From Nymphaea colorata (taxonomy: Eukaryota), in the NCBI RefSeq assembly GCF_008831285.2, contig NC_045138.2:43214001-43278000 (forward strand): 64,000 nt of DNA, in the 5' to 3' direction. The translations under genes were made by a program, and so were the position numbers. Position 1 is the stretch's first letter. Every line of letters starts with the position of its first letter. The notes beneath the pieces were generated by a model. The model ran no database searches, had not been told where the DNA came from, and saw only the letters and a list, made by a program, of their open reading frames with translations. Shown here piece after piece: positions 63,417-64,000 of the stretch.

Positions 63417-63596
63417 TGTTAAAGATACAAAAAGGGGTTTTTTGAAATATTAGGAAGTTAGGGAGGATCTCTTTAAATGTTTTGTTATTTTTAGTGGACT
63501 TCTCTTGTAATTTTCCCTAACCCTAATCTCTTAATAGAGATTAGGGTCACGTAATGAACTTCAACTTTTTGCCGCCTCTCTCTCTCTCTCGCAACA
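63417..63596 (+). repeat. 3' LTR (180 bp)
   Basis: Near-identical copy of 58504-58683. Confidence 0.97.
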
Positions 63597-64000
63597 GATA
63601 TCAAAATCTTGATTTGTTTTCTAAAAAGTTTGCATCTGCCGCAACAATTTTATATCTATCCTCTTTTGGAACTTGTTGAGCTGATTTGACAAGGTAGAAC
63701 AGGCAAGATTTTCACCTTGTGGAACTTAACATCAGCCTTGGTTTGATTTAAGTCAGAGCAAGAACCTGTTTAGACCTGGTTTAAACCCAAACCAAAACTG
63801 GGTGATTTCAGGTTCAGACTAGAACTGAACTGAAGCAGGGGCATGGATATGAATTCAGAGATAACAAAGCATTTGCCAAACAAAATGAAGAAAAATGGAG
63901 TTGTTTTACGGTTTTACCAACCCCAACCTGTGTCCTGTTTAATTTTAAAGTCTGCCAGAGCTGGGTATATTTTAAATGGAATTATACTAAGCAAGTTATG

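Larger units (their letters stand above)
58504..63596 (+). mobile_element. Structurally complete Ty1/copia LTR retrotransposon (short LTRs, Ale/Retrofit-like)
   Basis: TG...CA LTRs at both ends, 5-bp TSD GATAT (58499-58503, 63597-63601), PBS, PPT and gag-PR-INT-RT-RH domain order. Confidence 0.97.

Overview
Flowering-plant nuclear DNA that is mostly transposon-derived. It contains one clearly intact host gene, an F-box/kelch-repeat protein of the At5g15710 type (minus strand, 4419-5711), and a possible terminal exon of a second minus-strand gene (53346-53422). The rest is nested transposable elements: L1 LINE remnants, at least five Ty1/copia pieces including one structurally complete element (58504-63596, 180-bp LTRs, GATAT TSD), a 3.1-kb solo LTR with intact TSD, decayed CACTA and MuDR-like elements, seven hAT-type non-autonomous elements with 8-bp TSDs (three nested one inside another), and a TIR/TSD-complete PIF/Harbinger element (15667-20072). 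The standout observation is in the Harbinger. Besides the canonical Myb/SANT ORF and DDE transposase, it carries an intact third ORF (16550-16876, minus). That ORF encodes an RNase H1-type N-terminal RNA:DNA hybrid-binding (Cauli_VI-like) domain plus a C-terminal hydrophobic tail, and its start codons overlap the transposase stop codon (AGATGATG). All calls come from manual reading and translation; no database searches were run.
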